Assembly (NCBI RefSeq): GCF_001194135.2 | Contig: NC_069005.1 | Span: 7,469,885 to 7,533,884, forward strand | Direction of reading: 5' to 3' | From: Octopus bimaculoides | Lineage: Eukaryota | Length of the DNA stretch: 64,000 nucleotides | Shown: one piece after another, positions 63,791-64,000 of the stretch | How the letters are laid out: the number at the start of each line of letters is the position of its first letter | Numbering within the stretch: the first letter of the stretch is position 1 | Notes under the pieces: model-generated | The model's input: the letters and a program-made list of their open reading frames with translations, nothing else | Told to the model about the DNA's origin: nothing | The model's database searches: none | Made by a program: the position numbers and the translations under genes

Positions 63791-63837
63791 GTGCAGGGGA
63801 AGAGCTATGCGGGGAACGTGAAGAGAGCAAAGCATAA

Positions 63838-64000
63838 AGCTCTGGAAGAGGACCTGGAGTGGTTTTGCCAGGGCATGCTTACACGATTTAAGGAGGATTG
63901 CTGGGAAACCATCAGGGCCAGCAGTTGAGTTTGTGTCCACTTCATGTATAGCTAGTAGTACATCTTCTTCGCTAATGTTGATGTATTCCATCGTAACTGC
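63838..64000 (-). mobile_element. LINE ORF2 pre-RT fragment
   Basis: INISEEDVLLAIHEVDTNSTAGPDGFPAILLKSCKHALAKPLQVLFQS, the GPDG motif that precedes RT. Confidence 0.85.

Overview
AT-rich, microsatellite-dense eukaryotic DNA with 11 N-gaps. The SINE and MITE families look cephalopod, most likely Octopus (inference from repeat content). Two genes are supported, arranged head-to-head. (1) On the + strand, seven coding exons of the OTU deubiquitinase VCPIP1/VCIP135 (37530-62307, 548 codons, all splice phases consistent); the gene runs off the right edge. (2) On the - strand, a 77-nt first coding exon of protein phosphatase 1 inhibitor-2 (PPP1R2-like, 27738-27662), which the ORF track misses; I could not find its downstream exons in the window. 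Between them lies a probable bidirectional promoter containing a Tigger-like MITE with an ETS site. The rest is mostly SINEs, piggyBac/hAT/Mutator/mariner-type MITEs, two decayed mariners and LINE remnants, plus several unassigned exon-like islands in 1-26.4 kb. I see no clear-cut new biological system. The best leads are the PPP1R2/VCPIP1 divergent pair with a transposon-borne promoter motif, a frame-symmetric VCPIP1 exon bracketed by inverted SINEs, a 253-bp near-perfect palindrome, a pre-miRNA-sized hairpin, and possible nested genes left of PPP1R2 exon 1. Comparisons to human and fly proteins are from memory, not database searches. Repeat boundaries are approximate.
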